DNA from: Malacoraja senta
Lineage: Eukaryota
DNA length: 64,000 nucleotides
Direction: 5' to 3'
Assembly (NCBI GenBank): GCA_038087875.1
Contig: JAXLNO010000599.1
Coordinates: 1-64,000, forward strand
The notes under the pieces are model-generated. The model was not told the origin of the DNA. It did not search any database and was given only the letters and a program-made list of their open reading frames with translations. How positions within the stretch are numbered: the stretch's first letter is position 1; each line of letters begins with the position of its first letter. Positions 51,024 to 62,420 of this stretch are shown here, piece after piece. The translations under genes and the position numbers were made by a program.

Positions 51024-52240
51024 AAACCAAGACGACAGGAACAAACGAACTTGCTTATTCTTCCAACAAGAGTATCACAAGGAAAGTGAATTAACTGAAC
51101 ACTGATTTTTTATTTTTTATTTGACTTCAAGCAACAGATTCTTAGTGAGACGTGGCTAGACATTATTATCTTCGCTGGAACATTGTGCTATGTAATTCAA
51201 GGACACTACGTGCTCAAATGAGGAAAACCTGATAACACGAGACGAACTGCTGGGCTGAGAGTGAAAAACATCACATGGCTTATATTGTTTATAAAAAACT
51301 GAAAAAACTGAGAACTAATAATAATTAACAATTAACAATACTAATATAGAAATAGCAATTGAAATAGATAAAAAATGTGCAGTCTGCTCTGTTTAGCAGA
51401 TAACAGCAAGTGCTATGCAGCTCGAGAGTGGAGGGAGGGGGAGACCGGGTACCTGGCATAACTCCAGGAGCCAGACTCCCGTTAACCCTTCCAGCGAACA
51501 GCTCATTTTTAACAATATTAAAATCAATTTAAAATAGTTAAGAGATAATATACACTCGAGGTTGATATGAAAAATATATACGGCTTATATAGTTTTACAA
51601 AATGCTGAGAATTAATCATAATTAATAATTAACAATACTAATATAGAAATAATATTTGAAACTGATAAAACTGTGGTGCCTGCGTCATACGCAGACAGCA
51701 GTTATCACCTATGTTCGCAGCTCGTGGAGAGGAGAGGAGATCAGGCACCTGGCACAATTCCAGGAACCTGACTCCGATTAATCCACTCAGTAAACCGCTC
51801 ACTTTAACAATACTAAATTCATTTTAAAATAGTTAAGAGATAAAGAGTGAGTAGGATATGGAATCGAATACATTTGACACATATATAAATTGTAACTGGG
51901 TGAAATAGAACTGAATTGGAAACGGTAATGACCCCATAGATTTTGGGTAATAAATACAGCGGGGCTAACTTTATACCAACTACGCCGGAAGCGTTATGGA
52001 TGTCGTACCCCACAGACGAGTGGGCCACTCACTACGGTGTTGAAATTTCAGACACCGTAAATTTATTTGATTTATATATATTTTTTTTAATCACAATATG
52101 TCACATCTGTGTGTTTTTTCTTCAAGGACAATCGCGCAGGAGAACTACCAAGGAAGTCTATAATAGAAATACTCCCAAAATAACCAGAGTCCGGAGGTAT
52201 GAACGCACCACAATAATTAAGGTCATTAAAACTGGTAAAA

Positions 52241-55200
52241 ATGCATGACGACAATCAAAAGAAAATAGGAGGAATCACATTATGTAGTTGGAATATAAGG
52301 GGGATTAATGAACCTATTAAAAGGGGCAAGATACTAGCTCAGTTGAAATCATACAACACGGACATTGCGTTTCTACAGGAAACACATCTTAAACAGCAAG
52401 ATCAGACAAGACTGAGGGCGAACTGGATAGGCCAAACATTTCACTCTTCATTTACCTCCAAATCTAGAGGTACTGCAATTATTATTCGTAAAGGAATTCC
52501 ATTTAAATCAAAGAACACTATTTTAGATAAGGAAGGGAGATATCTTATAGTAGCAGGGGAGATCAATAATATGCCAATTACGCTGGTAAACATATATGCG
52601 CCCAACTTTGATAACCCTCAATTTTTTAATAAAATTCTGAATATAATTGCAGAATCTAATTATCAAAATGTTATAATCGGAGGAGATTTTAATTGTGTTT
52701 TAGATCCTTATTTAGATAAATCGATGCAAAAACAAAAAGGTCAGACGAAATCTAAAACCAGTGAACTCTTACACACATATATGGAAAACACAAATATAAC
52801 AGATGTATGGAGGATTGCAAACCCGACGGGAAGGGATTACTCGTTTTATTCAATGGTGCATAAAACATATTCACGGATAGACTATTTTCTTGTGGATACA
52901 AAATTAATTTCGCAATCTCTGAATCCTAAATATCATATTAATGCGATCTCAGATCATTCTCCGTTAACTTTTGTTCTAAAACTAGAAGGAATGTCTATGA
53001 ATAAACCGTTCTGGAGGTTTAACTCACAAATTTTAAAAGACCCTCAAGGGAGTATCTATCTAAAAAAACAGATGGATCTATTTTTTGAGTTAAATGATAC
53101 ACCAGAGATATCCCCCACGTTATTATGGGAATCCTTCAAAGCATTTATAAGAGGAGTCATTATTTCATTTCAAGCTTATCAAAATAAAAAGAATAAGAAT
53201 GAACAAAGACACTTAGAAGATCAAATAAAACAGTTAGATATAGATAATGCTAAAGACCCAACTATGGATAAACATAATAAAATACTACTACTGAAATTTC
53301 AGTTAAATAAATTACTGTCAGAGAAAGTTATAACATTATTTCAAATCACAAAACAAGAACACTTCGAATTCGGGGACAAACCCCACAAACTTCTAGCACG
53401 ACAACTTAAAAAACGGGAAAAAGAGAATGCAATATTAAAGATTAAATCAGATAGAGGGGAAGTATTAACACTACCCAAGGATATTAATAAAAGATTTGCT
53501 CAATTTTACCAGAATCTATACACATCTAAAACGTCAATAGACAATAATAAAATCTCAGAATTTTTAGATAATTGTAATCTACCACAATTAGAACGCAGGG
53601 AACAAGAGGAACTGGGAGCACAAATTACTTCTAAGGAGATAGAAGACACAATAAAAACACTAAAAAATGGAAAAACACCAGGACCAGACGGATTCAGTAA
53701 TGAATTTTATAAATCTTTTTATGATATAGTTACTCCACGATTACAAAAAATGTATACATATGCTTATAAAGAGCAAAACCTACCTGAAACACTAGCGGAA
53801 TCAACGATCATATTAATACTTAAAAAAGATAAAAATATAGAAGAACCAGGATCATATAGAGCTATTGCTTTGTTAAATACGGATCAGAAAATAATAGCAA
53901 AAACATTAGCCAATAGATTAAGCAAGTATGTTAGTAGACTAATACATGAGGATCAAACAGGATTTATACCTAAGAGACACTCATTTAATAATTTGAGACG
54001 TTTGCTTAACATAATGCATTCACATAAATCTGATGACCAAGAGTTAGCTATCATCTCACTGGACGCAGAAAAAGCGTTTGATCAAGTAGAATGGGACTAT
54101 ATGATCAAAGTATTGCAAAAATTCCAATTGGGAGAAAACTTTATTGCATGGATAAAACTACTATATAACAAACCTACGGCTAGAATACTAACTAATAATA
54201 TATTATCTTCAAAATTCGAATTATCTAGGGGCAACAGACAAGGATGTTCACTATCACCGCTGTTATTTGCTTTGGTAATTGAACCCCTTGCTGAAAAAAT
54301 AAGAACACACTCGAATATTCACGGTTATAACACAAAATATTCAAACAACAAACTATCCCTATATGCTGATGATGTACTACTGTACATCACAAAACCACAA
54401 ATTAGTATACCAAATATATTAAACTTAATTGAGGACTTTGGATCCTTTTCAGGATATAGAATAAATTGGAACAAAAGTGAAATTATGTCGATTAAACCAA
54501 AAGACTCAACACATCTCAGGAAATTCCCTTTTAAAATAGCTATGGAAAAATTCAAATATTTAGGAATTGAGATTACTAGAAATTACCATGATATGTTTAA
54601 AGCTAATTATAATCCCCTACTTAAGAAATTAAATAATCTGATTAAATTTTGGAAAACACTTCCGATGTCCTTAATAGGTAGGATAAATGCTATAAAAATG
54701 ATTTTCTTGCCACAAATCCTTTACCTATTTCAATCAATACCTATATATCTCCCAAAAAAGTTTTTCAAAAAACTGGACTCAGACATTACAAATTTTATAT
54801 GGGATTACAAATCCCACAGAATACAAAGAACACACCTTAACAAACGAAAAGAGTTGGGGGGTCTAGCGCTCCCTAACTTTATGTATTATAACTGGGCAGT
54901 AAATATTAAAAATATGATTCACCTGCTGGACAATTCTGCCCAGCAGGTGGACTGGATTATAATGGAAAAAGGGGATTGCTCCCCGAATAATATAGGAGCG
55001 ATTATTCTCTCTCCAATAAATTTGAATAATAAAAATTATAATAAAAATCCAATTATATATAGCACTATTAGAACATGGAAGCAAATAAAACAGAATCTAA
55101 AATTAAGAAACCTATCTCTCTTAATACCAATAGTCAATAACCCATCGTTTAAACCTTCAATCATAGATAAAGCATTTATACAATGGGAAAGAATGGGAAT

Positions 55201-56032
55201 TAAAACGCTCGAAGATCTGTATGAATTAGAAAAATTACTATCATTCCAACAACTACAACTGAAATATAATTTGAAAAATAATCAATATTTTAAATATCTA
55301 CAAATCTGTGACTATTTGAAAACACACACAAAAGATTATTATAATATGCCTTCCGACTTACTAGATGAAGCAATGAAGACAAAGGCGGAATCAGTTAATT
55401 TAATATCATACTTATATAATATCATCTTAAATATAGAAATACCCACAACAGATGGAATTAGAAGAGATTGGGAACAAGATCTAGGTATAAAAATTTCAAA
55501 AGAGAGTTGGGATAATCATTTATTACAGGTGCATAAATGCTCGATCAACGTACGACATACGCTTATCCAATTTAAAACATTACATAGATTATATTATTCA
55601 AAAACCAAACTAAATAAAATCTTTCCTAACGTCTCACCAATCTGTGATAAATGTATATGTCAAGAAGCTACCATAGCACATTCTTTTGTTTTTTGTACAA
55701 AAATCCAAAAATTCTGGTTTGAAATATTTGATATTTTTTCAAAATTAATCAAAATAAAACTGGTACCAAAACCAGAATGGATTATTTTTGGAATATCGGA
55801 AGGTATTCCTGAATTAAACGTGTATCAGAAGAATTTACTCAATTATGGGCTAATAATGGGAAAAAAGCTTATACTTAAATTCTGGAAAAATGCGCCCACA
55901 CCAACAATAAAAATGTGGACATCAAATATGTTGGAAACATTACATCTGGAAGAGATGAGATTCCTCCTAGTAGGCAAAGTAGATCAATTTCAAAAGACGT
56001 GGTCTACGTTTTTGGACCTATTACAAGCATGA
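52241..56032 (+). CDS. L1 ORF2p (APE endonuclease, reverse transcriptase, Cys-rich C-terminus)
   Basis: 1263-aa uninterrupted ORF with SWNIRG, LQETH, GGDFN, SRIDY, SDH, PGPDG, LDAEKAFD, RQGCSLSP, LYADD and C..C...H...C. Confidence 0.96.
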   Translation: MHDDNQKKIGGITLCSWNIRGINEPIKRGKILAQLKSYNTDIAFLQETHLKQQDQTRLRANWIGQTFHSSFTSKSRGTAIIIRKGIPFKSKNTILDKEGRYLIVAGEINNMPITLVNIYAPNFDNPQFFNKILNIIAESNYQNVIIGGDFNCVLDPYLDKSMQKQKGQTKSKTSELLHTYMENTNITDVWRIANPTGRDYSFYSMVHKTYSRIDYFLVDTKLISQSLNPKYHINAISDHSPLTFVLKLEGMSMNKPFWRFNSQILKDPQGSIYLKKQMDLFFELNDTPEISPTLLWESFKAFIRGVIISFQAYQNKKNKNEQRHLEDQIKQLDIDNAKDPTMDKHNKILLLKFQLNKLLSEKVITLFQITKQEHFEFGDKPHKLLARQLKKREKENAILKIKSDRGEVLTLPKDINKRFAQFYQNLYTSKTSIDNNKISEFLDNCNLPQLERREQEELGAQITSKEIEDTIKTLKNGKTPGPDGFSNEFYKSFYDIVTPRLQKMYTYAYKEQNLPETLAESTIILILKKDKNIEEPGSYRAIALLNTDQKIIAKTLANRLSKYVSRLIHEDQTGFIPKRHSFNNLRRLLNIMHSHKSDDQELAIISLDAEKAFDQVEWDYMIKVLQKFQLGENFIAWIKLLYNKPTARILTNNILSSKFELSRGNRQGCSLSPLLFALVIEPLAEKIRTHSNIHGYNTKYSNNKLSLYADDVLLYITKPQISIPNILNLIEDFGSFSGYRINWNKSEIMSIKPKDSTHLRKFPFKIAMEKFKYLGIEITRNYHDMFKANYNPLLKKLNNLIKFWKTLPMSLIGRINAIKMIFLPQILYLFQSIPIYLPKKFFKKLDSDITNFIWDYKSHRIQRTHLNKRKELGGLALPNFMYYNWAVNIKNMIHLLDNSAQQVDWIIMEKGDCSPNNIGAIILSPINLNNKNYNKNPIIYSTIRTWKQIKQNLKLRNLSLLIPIVNNPSFKPSIIDKAFIQWERMGIKTLEDLYELEKLLSFQQLQLKYNLKNNQYFKYLQICDYLKTHTKDYYNMPSDLLDEAMKTKAESVNLISYLYNIILNIEIPTTDGIRRDWEQDLGIKISKESWDNHLLQVHKCSINVRHTLIQFKTLHRLYYSKTKLNKIFPNVSPICDKCICQEATIAHSFVFCTKIQKFWFEIFDIFSKLIKIKLVPKPEWIIFGISEGIPELNVYQKNLLNYGLIMGKKLILKFWKNAPTPTIKMWTSNMLETLHLEEMRFLLVGKVDQFQKTWSTFLDLLQA

Positions 56033-57178
56033 GGTGCAATAGTAATTTAGAAAAACAAATAAATAAATAAAAGGTATCTGGACCTGGTAATGGGAGGTAA
56101 AATAAAAACAGACTTGGTTGGTAGTTCCTTCTCTATGAAGTATGGTATAAGAATTATAATAGAGCGATTGTTCCTTCTTTCTTTCTCTTTTTTTTTCTAG
56201 GGTCTATTTTCTAACTTTACTTCCTTCTCTAACTTCTTTTCTAAGGGGCTTTCTTTTCCCAACACTCTTTTGCACTTCACAACCTTTGTGCACTTTCTTC
56301 ACTTTTCTTACTTCTTTCTTTTTCTTTCTTAAAGTTTAAAAAAGTGAAGCGGTACAAAAAATGTATTAATATATACGTGTTGTACATTACTGTAATCTAC
56401 CGTACTTCTAAAAAATAAAAAAAAAATAAAAAAAAAAAAAAAAGCAAAGATGCTGAGAAGAGAGTGACGGCAAGATAAGGTAAGGTCTTGCTTTTGTGAC
56501 TTTCTTCTATAGTTTAAGTGCTGGTAGGATGTTAGTTAGGGCTGGGATGCTCCTCCTGCAGGATGCGTGGTCATGGAAACTTAGAGTACGCGGAGTGTAC
56601 CTGTGGGAAAAAATGCCCAGCTGCAGCTCATGGCTAAATGCATGAAAGAACTGGCACCACAGCTGGGCATATTTCCCACAGGTATAGTCCTCAGGGACAC
56701 AGTCAGTTTCTCTGACTTCCCACATCCTGAAGCTCCTGGGTGAATGCATGAAGCAACTGGAGTTGCAGCTGGATGTTCTCGGGATCATCTGGGAAAAATA
56801 AAGTGTCGTAGATAGGAGTTATAGTGAGATGGTCACGCCAAAAGTGCAGGCAGAAAGTAAATGGGTAACTACTAGCAAAGGGTCAAGTGAGTAGGCAGAG
56901 AGTGCAGGAATCTCCTGTGGCCATTCCCCTAAAAAAAGTACCCTTTTGGGTACTGTTGGGGGAAATGGGCAGGACATAGCAGCCGCAGCCAGGTCGGTGG
57001 CACGAGACACATCGGGGTAGGATGTAGCCAGAGAGGCTATATTGATAGGAGACGATAGTCAGGCGGACAGGAGATTCTATGGCCCCAGATGGGACTCCAG
57101 GATGGTGCATTTCCTCCCTGGTGCCCGGGTCTCAGATTTCATGGAGCAACTGCAGAATATTCTCAAGGGGGAGGGTAA

Positions 57179-57881
57179 AGGGGGCTGTCCCACGGGCAGG
57201 CGATTCCATGGCTACAAGCGCGACCTAACCGGAAGCGGGGACCGCGCGGAGATCGCGGGGCCGGTCCCACGTAGATCGCCGGAGTCGTATGGAGTTGGTC
57301 CCAACACCGTGCGGGGCTCCGAAAAACTGACAGTGTTCAAAAATCCAGCGCAGGCAACGGCCTGCCGCCCTGCTGCTGCCTCGACGCCGCCGCCGCACCG
57401 CCTCGACGCCATTCTTCCATTGTGATGATGATGGAATAGCAGCCTGCAACACCCGTTTAAATGGAGATGATGATCGAATAGCAGCCTGCAACACCCGTTT
57501 AAATGGGAGATGATGATCGAATAGCAGCCTGCAACACCCGTTTCAATGAGTTAAAATGGCGTCAGGCTCGAGCTGCCAACCGACTTCGCTCGAACTGGAC
57601 GTCCGCGGCACCCCCCCGCTTCCGGTTAGGTCGTGCTCGCCGCATGCATTCGCATGCTCGTGGGGACAGGCCGTACGATGATCACTCGGCCTCCGTGCGG
57701 CACCCCGCTTCCGGTTAGGTTGCGCTTGCCGCATGCATTCGCATGCTCATGGACAGGCCGTACGGTGATCACTCGGCCCCCACGCGGCCCTCACGCGGCC
57801 CTCGCGCGACAGCCACGCGGCCCCCGCTTCCGGTTACGTCGCGCTTGCCGCATGGAATCGCATGCCCGTGGGACAGCCGCT
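57179..57881. mobile_element. PIF/Harbinger-type MITE with long TIRs
   Basis: TAA on both sides (57176-57178, 57882-57884), ~65-bp imperfect TIRs, internal ~41-bp repeat x3 (57425-57545) and a reiterated right TIR. Confidence 0.8.
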
Positions 57882-57963
57882 TAAGCAGCCAGAAGTTTCT
57901 GCTACAAAGTTGCTAATCCTACTTTGGGGGGGTTTAAACCAGAGGGAGGTTCCCAGAACAGCA

Positions 57964-58056
57964 AAAGGTATACACAAAATGCTGGAGTAACTCAGTGGGG
58001 TGGCAGCATCCATGGAGAGAAGGAATGGGTGACGTTTCGGGTCGAGACCCTTCTTC
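57964..58056 (-). mobile_element. Solo Penelope pLTR-derived insert
   Basis: The minus strand reads GAAGAAGGGTCTCGACCCGAAACGTC. 14-bp direct repeat TTCCCAGAACAGCA (57950-57963, 58054-58067). Confidence 0.78.
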
Positions 58057-58798
58057 CCAGAACAGCATGTTGGTAGCAACGACATAGGGAGGGAAACGAG
58101 ACGAGGGTCCTGCAACATGAACACAGGGAGATAGGAATGAGGTTAAAAGAGCAGGACCTTGAGGATGGTAATAACTGTATTACTCACAGTGTCACCTGCT
58201 AGTGAGGGCAGGAACAGGAAGATAGGACTGTGTGGCTGAGGAATTTGTGCAGGGAGCAGGCTTTCAGGTTTTTGGATCATTTGGATCTGTTCTGGGGCAG
58301 GGGTGACCTATATAAGAGGGATGGGGTTGCATCTGAAATGGAGGGGGACCAATATCTTGGGAAGGAGATTTGCTAGTGCTACTTTGGGAGGATTTAAACC
58401 AGAGGGAGAACAGACACTGGGCAGATTAGAGTTTGAGAGGCCAGATAAATACGAGGCTGGTGGATGGGGCAAATACAAGTCTCAAGTCGAGACCATCAAG
58501 TTCCCTATCACTTTTGCCTGTCAGACATCATCATACCCATATGTGCCTCAGCCAGACCGAGTGTCACAGATGCTGATGCTTTTTCGTGAAAAGTCAAAGA
58601 GAGCAAGATTAACAGACAGTTTACATAGGTGCATGACAAAGGGAGGAAAGGCCTGATTTAATCTGCATTTATTTCATTGCTGGAAGCTTAACAGGTAAGG
58701 CAGACAATGTGGATTGTTTTGTGGATATTACAGTATAACCATAGCAAAAACATGGCTAATAGAAGGGTATGGCTGGCAGCTTAATATTCCAGGTTATA

Positions 58799-60040
58799 CA
58801 GTGCATTCAGAAAGTATTCAGACCCCTTCACTTTTTCCACATTTTGATACGTTACAGCCATATTCTAAAATGGATTAAATTCAATTTTTTTTATCATCAA
58901 TCTCCACACAATACCCAATAATAAAAAAGCAAAAGCAGGTGTTTTTGCAAAGTAATTAAAAAGAAGTAATTTTTGCAAAGTAATTAAAAATAAATAACTG
59001 AAATATCACATTTACATAAGTATTCAGACCCTTTGCTATGACACACAAAATTGAGTTTAGGTGCATCCTGTTTCCATTGATTATCCTTGAGATGTTTCTA
59101 CAACTTGATTGGTGTCCACCAGTGGTAAATTACATTTATTGTACATGATTTGGAAAGGCACACACCGGTCTATATAAGATCCCACAGTTGACAGTGCACG
59201 TCAGAGCAAAAACCAAGCCATGAAAACGAAAGAATTGTCCGTAGACCTCCGAGACAGGATTTTGTCAAGACACAAATCCAGGGAAGGGTATAAAACAATT
59301 TCTGCAGCATTGCAGGTCCCGAAAAGCACAGTGGCCTCCGCCATTCTGAAATTGAAGAACTTTGGAACCACCAGGACTCTTCATAGAGCTGGCCGCCCAG
59401 CCAAACTGAACAATCGGGGGAGAAGGGCCTTGGCCAGGGAGGTGACCAAGAACCCGATGGTCACTCTGACAGAGCTCCAGAGTTCCTCAGTGGAGATGGG
59501 AGAACCTTTCAGAAGGACAACTATATCTGCAGCGCTCCAACAATCAGGCCTTTATGGTAGAGTGGTCAGACGGAATCCACTGCTCAGTAAAAGGCACATG
59601 ACAGCCCGCTTGGAGTTTGCCAAAAGGCACCGAAACAAGATTCTCTAGTCTGATGAAGCCAAGATTGAAATCTTTGGCCTGAATGCCAAGCGTTATGTCT
59701 GGAGGAAACCAGGCACCGCTCATCACCTGCCCAATACCATACCTACGGTGAAGCTTGGTGGTGACAGCATCATGCTGTGGGGATGTTTTTCAGCGGCAGG
59801 AACTGTGAGACTAGTCAGGATCGGGGGAAAGATGAATGGAGCAAAGTACAGAGAGATCCTTAATGAAAAAATGTTCCAGAGCATTCAGGACCTCAGACTG
59901 GGGCAGAGGTTCACCTTCCAACAGGACAACAACCCTAAGCACACTGCCAAGACAACGCAGGAGTGGCTTTGTGACAAGTCTGTGAATGTCCTTGAGTTGC
60001 CCAGCCAGAGCCCGGACTTGAACCCAATCGAACACTCGCA
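58799..60040 (+). mobile_element. Tc1/mariner DNA transposon (IR/DR type), right end missing; transposase pseudogene 59220-~60035
   Basis: TA-CAGTGCATTCAGAAAGTATTCAGACCC left TIR with inner DR at ~59018. Paired-like HTH, GRPAK, SDE, QQDN.PKH and SPDLNPIE; premature TAG at 59646. Confidence 0.92.
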
Positions 60041-60125
60041 GCGTAGGTCTCCCAAGTCTCACCAACGTCTTATACAACTGCAACATGACCTCCCAATTTC
60101 TATAGTCAATACTCTGATTGATGAA

Positions 60126-61181
60126 AGGGCCTGTCCCACTGCGGTGATCTAATTTGCGAGTTTAGAAGAGTTTGCCCTCGACTCATACTCGCAGCATGGT
60201 CGACACGAGGTCCTAGGAGGTCTTTGTAACTCTCCTTCATGCTCGAGAGTAGTCCCCGCTGACTCGAGGCCTCAGTTAAGGGGCTGTCCCACTGCGGCGA
60301 CGTGATCTGCGAGTATAGGAGAGTTTGCCCTCGACTCAAACTCACAGCATGGTCGACACAAGGTCCTATGAGGTCCTATGAGGTCACTGGAACTCTCCTA
60401 CATGCTCGAGGGACGTTCCCGCATACTCGCGGCCTCAGCTAGGTCGCGGAAATTTTGTCAGCATGTTGAAACATTTTCCGCGAGTAAAATTTGGTCGGCA
60501 TGGTTCTTTTTAAATCGTATTGCAATGGAGTGGGGTCGCTATTTAGTTACAGGCAGTAGAGGGCAGCCGTAGGCAATCTCCTTTGCTGACCGGGCATTTT
60601 GATTGGCTCATTGGAGTTTTCAGGACCAGGGAAAACAGACCAGTAGGTAAAATGCCCGCTAAACTTTATTATACTTCTTAAAAGTGTCTCCACTCCTTCT
60701 CCCCCCCTTCTCTCCCCTTCTCTCTCCTTCTCTCTCCTTCTCTCCCCCTCTCTCCCCTTCTCTCCCCTTCTCTCACCCCTCCCCCCCCTCCGTGCTCTCT
60801 AAAGGACTTACCGTAAACTGTGCAGCCGTCTATTACCTTCCTCTTCATCGCGGGTGTGAATTTCAGACAGCGCTCCCCCGCTTTCCCTGGCCCTGTCTTT
60901 GCGATGTGTTTGTGTATGTGTGTGTGTCCGCGGTCGGTCAATCCAGCTCACGGTTTCAACGCGGACGGTCGATCCAGCTTGAGGTTTTCCAGGCGAGTGC
61001 CCTCGAGCTTGAAGGTCGAAGACACTCTTCTTAACTCACGGATTAGGTTGCCGCAGTCGGTCGATCCAGCTCGCGGTTTCAACGCAGACGGTCGATCTAG
61101 CTCGAGGTTTTTCAGGCGAGTGCCCTCGAGCTTGAAGGTCGAAGACAGTCGCTGAAAAGTCGTGTTAGTGGGACAGGCCCT
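60126..61181. mobile_element. PIF/Harbinger-type MITE with a reiterated left end (~60279), inside a CR1 fragment
   Basis: GGGCCTGTCCCAC / GTGGGACAGGCCC TIRs. The internal sequence is an inverted homolog of the outer element at 20565-22463. Confidence 0.75.
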
Positions 61182-61459
61182 GAAGTGCCAAAAGCCTTTT
61201 TGACCACCTTATCTACCTGCGACTCAACCTTCAAGGAACCATGCACCTGAACTCCTAGATCCCTCTGCTCTACAACACTACCTAGAGGCCTACCATTTTA
61301 CTGTGTAGTTGTTCTTGTTTGATGTCCCAAAATGCAACACCTCACACTTCTCTGTATTAAATTCCATCATCCATCAACCATTCCTCCGCCCACCTGGTCA
61401 ATCGATCCAGATCCTTCTGCAATCGTTCACAACCATCTTCACTATCTGCAAAAACACAA

Positions 61460-62420
61460 GTGGGGTTACGGAAGACTGGAGGGTGGCTAATGTTCTACCG
61501 TTATTTAAGAAGGGCAACAAGAATAAGCCAGGGAATTACAGACTGGTAGTTCTCTTCCGCACCCTTGTAGAAGACTGATGTCATCAAATTCCTGAATGTA
61601 TATAACAAACAGTCTTGCGTCAGTAGTGGAAAAGTCATTGTTCTTAGGGATAGGATTGACTAGCATTTGGATAGGCATGGGTTGATTACAGTCAGGCATT
61701 GTGTCTGTGCATGGTAAACGGAGTCTCACAAATCTTATAGTATTTTTTAACAGGTCACCAAGTGGATTGATGTGGGCAGGGCAGTGGATGTTTCTATATG
61801 GACTTTAGCAAGACCTTTGACAAGCACCCACATGGTAAGCTTGTCTGGATGATTAGATCACATGGAATCCAAGGTGAGCTAGCCAATTGGATTCAAAACT
61901 AGCTTGGAGGAAGGAGTCAAAGAGTAATTGTGGAGCATTTTTTTGCTGATTGGAGTGCTGCAGTAGTCATTGCAAAGGTGCTGCAGAGATTCACCAGAAT
62001 GATACTAGGGCTTGTGTGCGTGTGTTATAGACTGGGACTTTTGTTCTTTGGAGCATCAAAGGCTGGGGGGTTAACCTTATTGAGGTGTACAAGATCATTA
62101 AGAGCATGGGTAAAGTAAATGCTCAGTCCTTTTTCCAGGGTAGAGGATTTTAAATCTGGAGAACATAGGCTTTAGTTGAGTAGGGAGAGATTTAAGAGGG
62201 ACTTCACTGCAACTTCTTCATTCAGAGGAATGAGCTGTCAGAGGAAGTAATAGAAGTCGATACAATTATGACTTTTAACAGACATTTGAATGGATATATG
62301 GATAAGAAGAGTTCAGAGGGTTATGCATGCAAATGGGGCTTGCCCAGTATGACAACTTGTTTGGCATAGATATCGTGGGCCGAAGGTCCTGCTGCCATAC
62401 TATACAGCTCTATAACTCTG
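61460..62420 (+). mobile_element. Old CR1 RT and 3' fragment
   Basis: EDWRVANVLPLFKKG..PGNYR, DFSKTFDK and a CR1-type 3' tail; heavily decayed. Confidence 0.8.

Larger units (their letters stand above)
49838..56442 (+). mobile_element. Full-length L1-clade LINE (~6.6 kb), potentially active
   Basis: CpG-rich 5' UTR, intact ORF1 and ORF2, poly-A 56410-56442, and 15-bp TSD AGCAAAGATGCTGAG (49823-49837, 56443-56457). Confidence 0.96.
56458..58796 (+). mobile_element. Old CR1 5' region (ORF1 zinc-finger/SGNH-esterase remnant); its 5' UTR starts near 49730, before the L1
   Basis: IGD.IVR, FLPGARV.D and GLHLKWRGTNIL motifs. Interrupted by a MITE, a pLTR insert and a Tc1. Confidence 0.75.

Noticed and set aside
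51943..52248. 101-aa ORF overlapping the L1 ORF2 start as a third L1 gene
   Set aside because: Non-ATG start, no recognisable motifs, and a length compatible with chance; conservation cannot be tested here.
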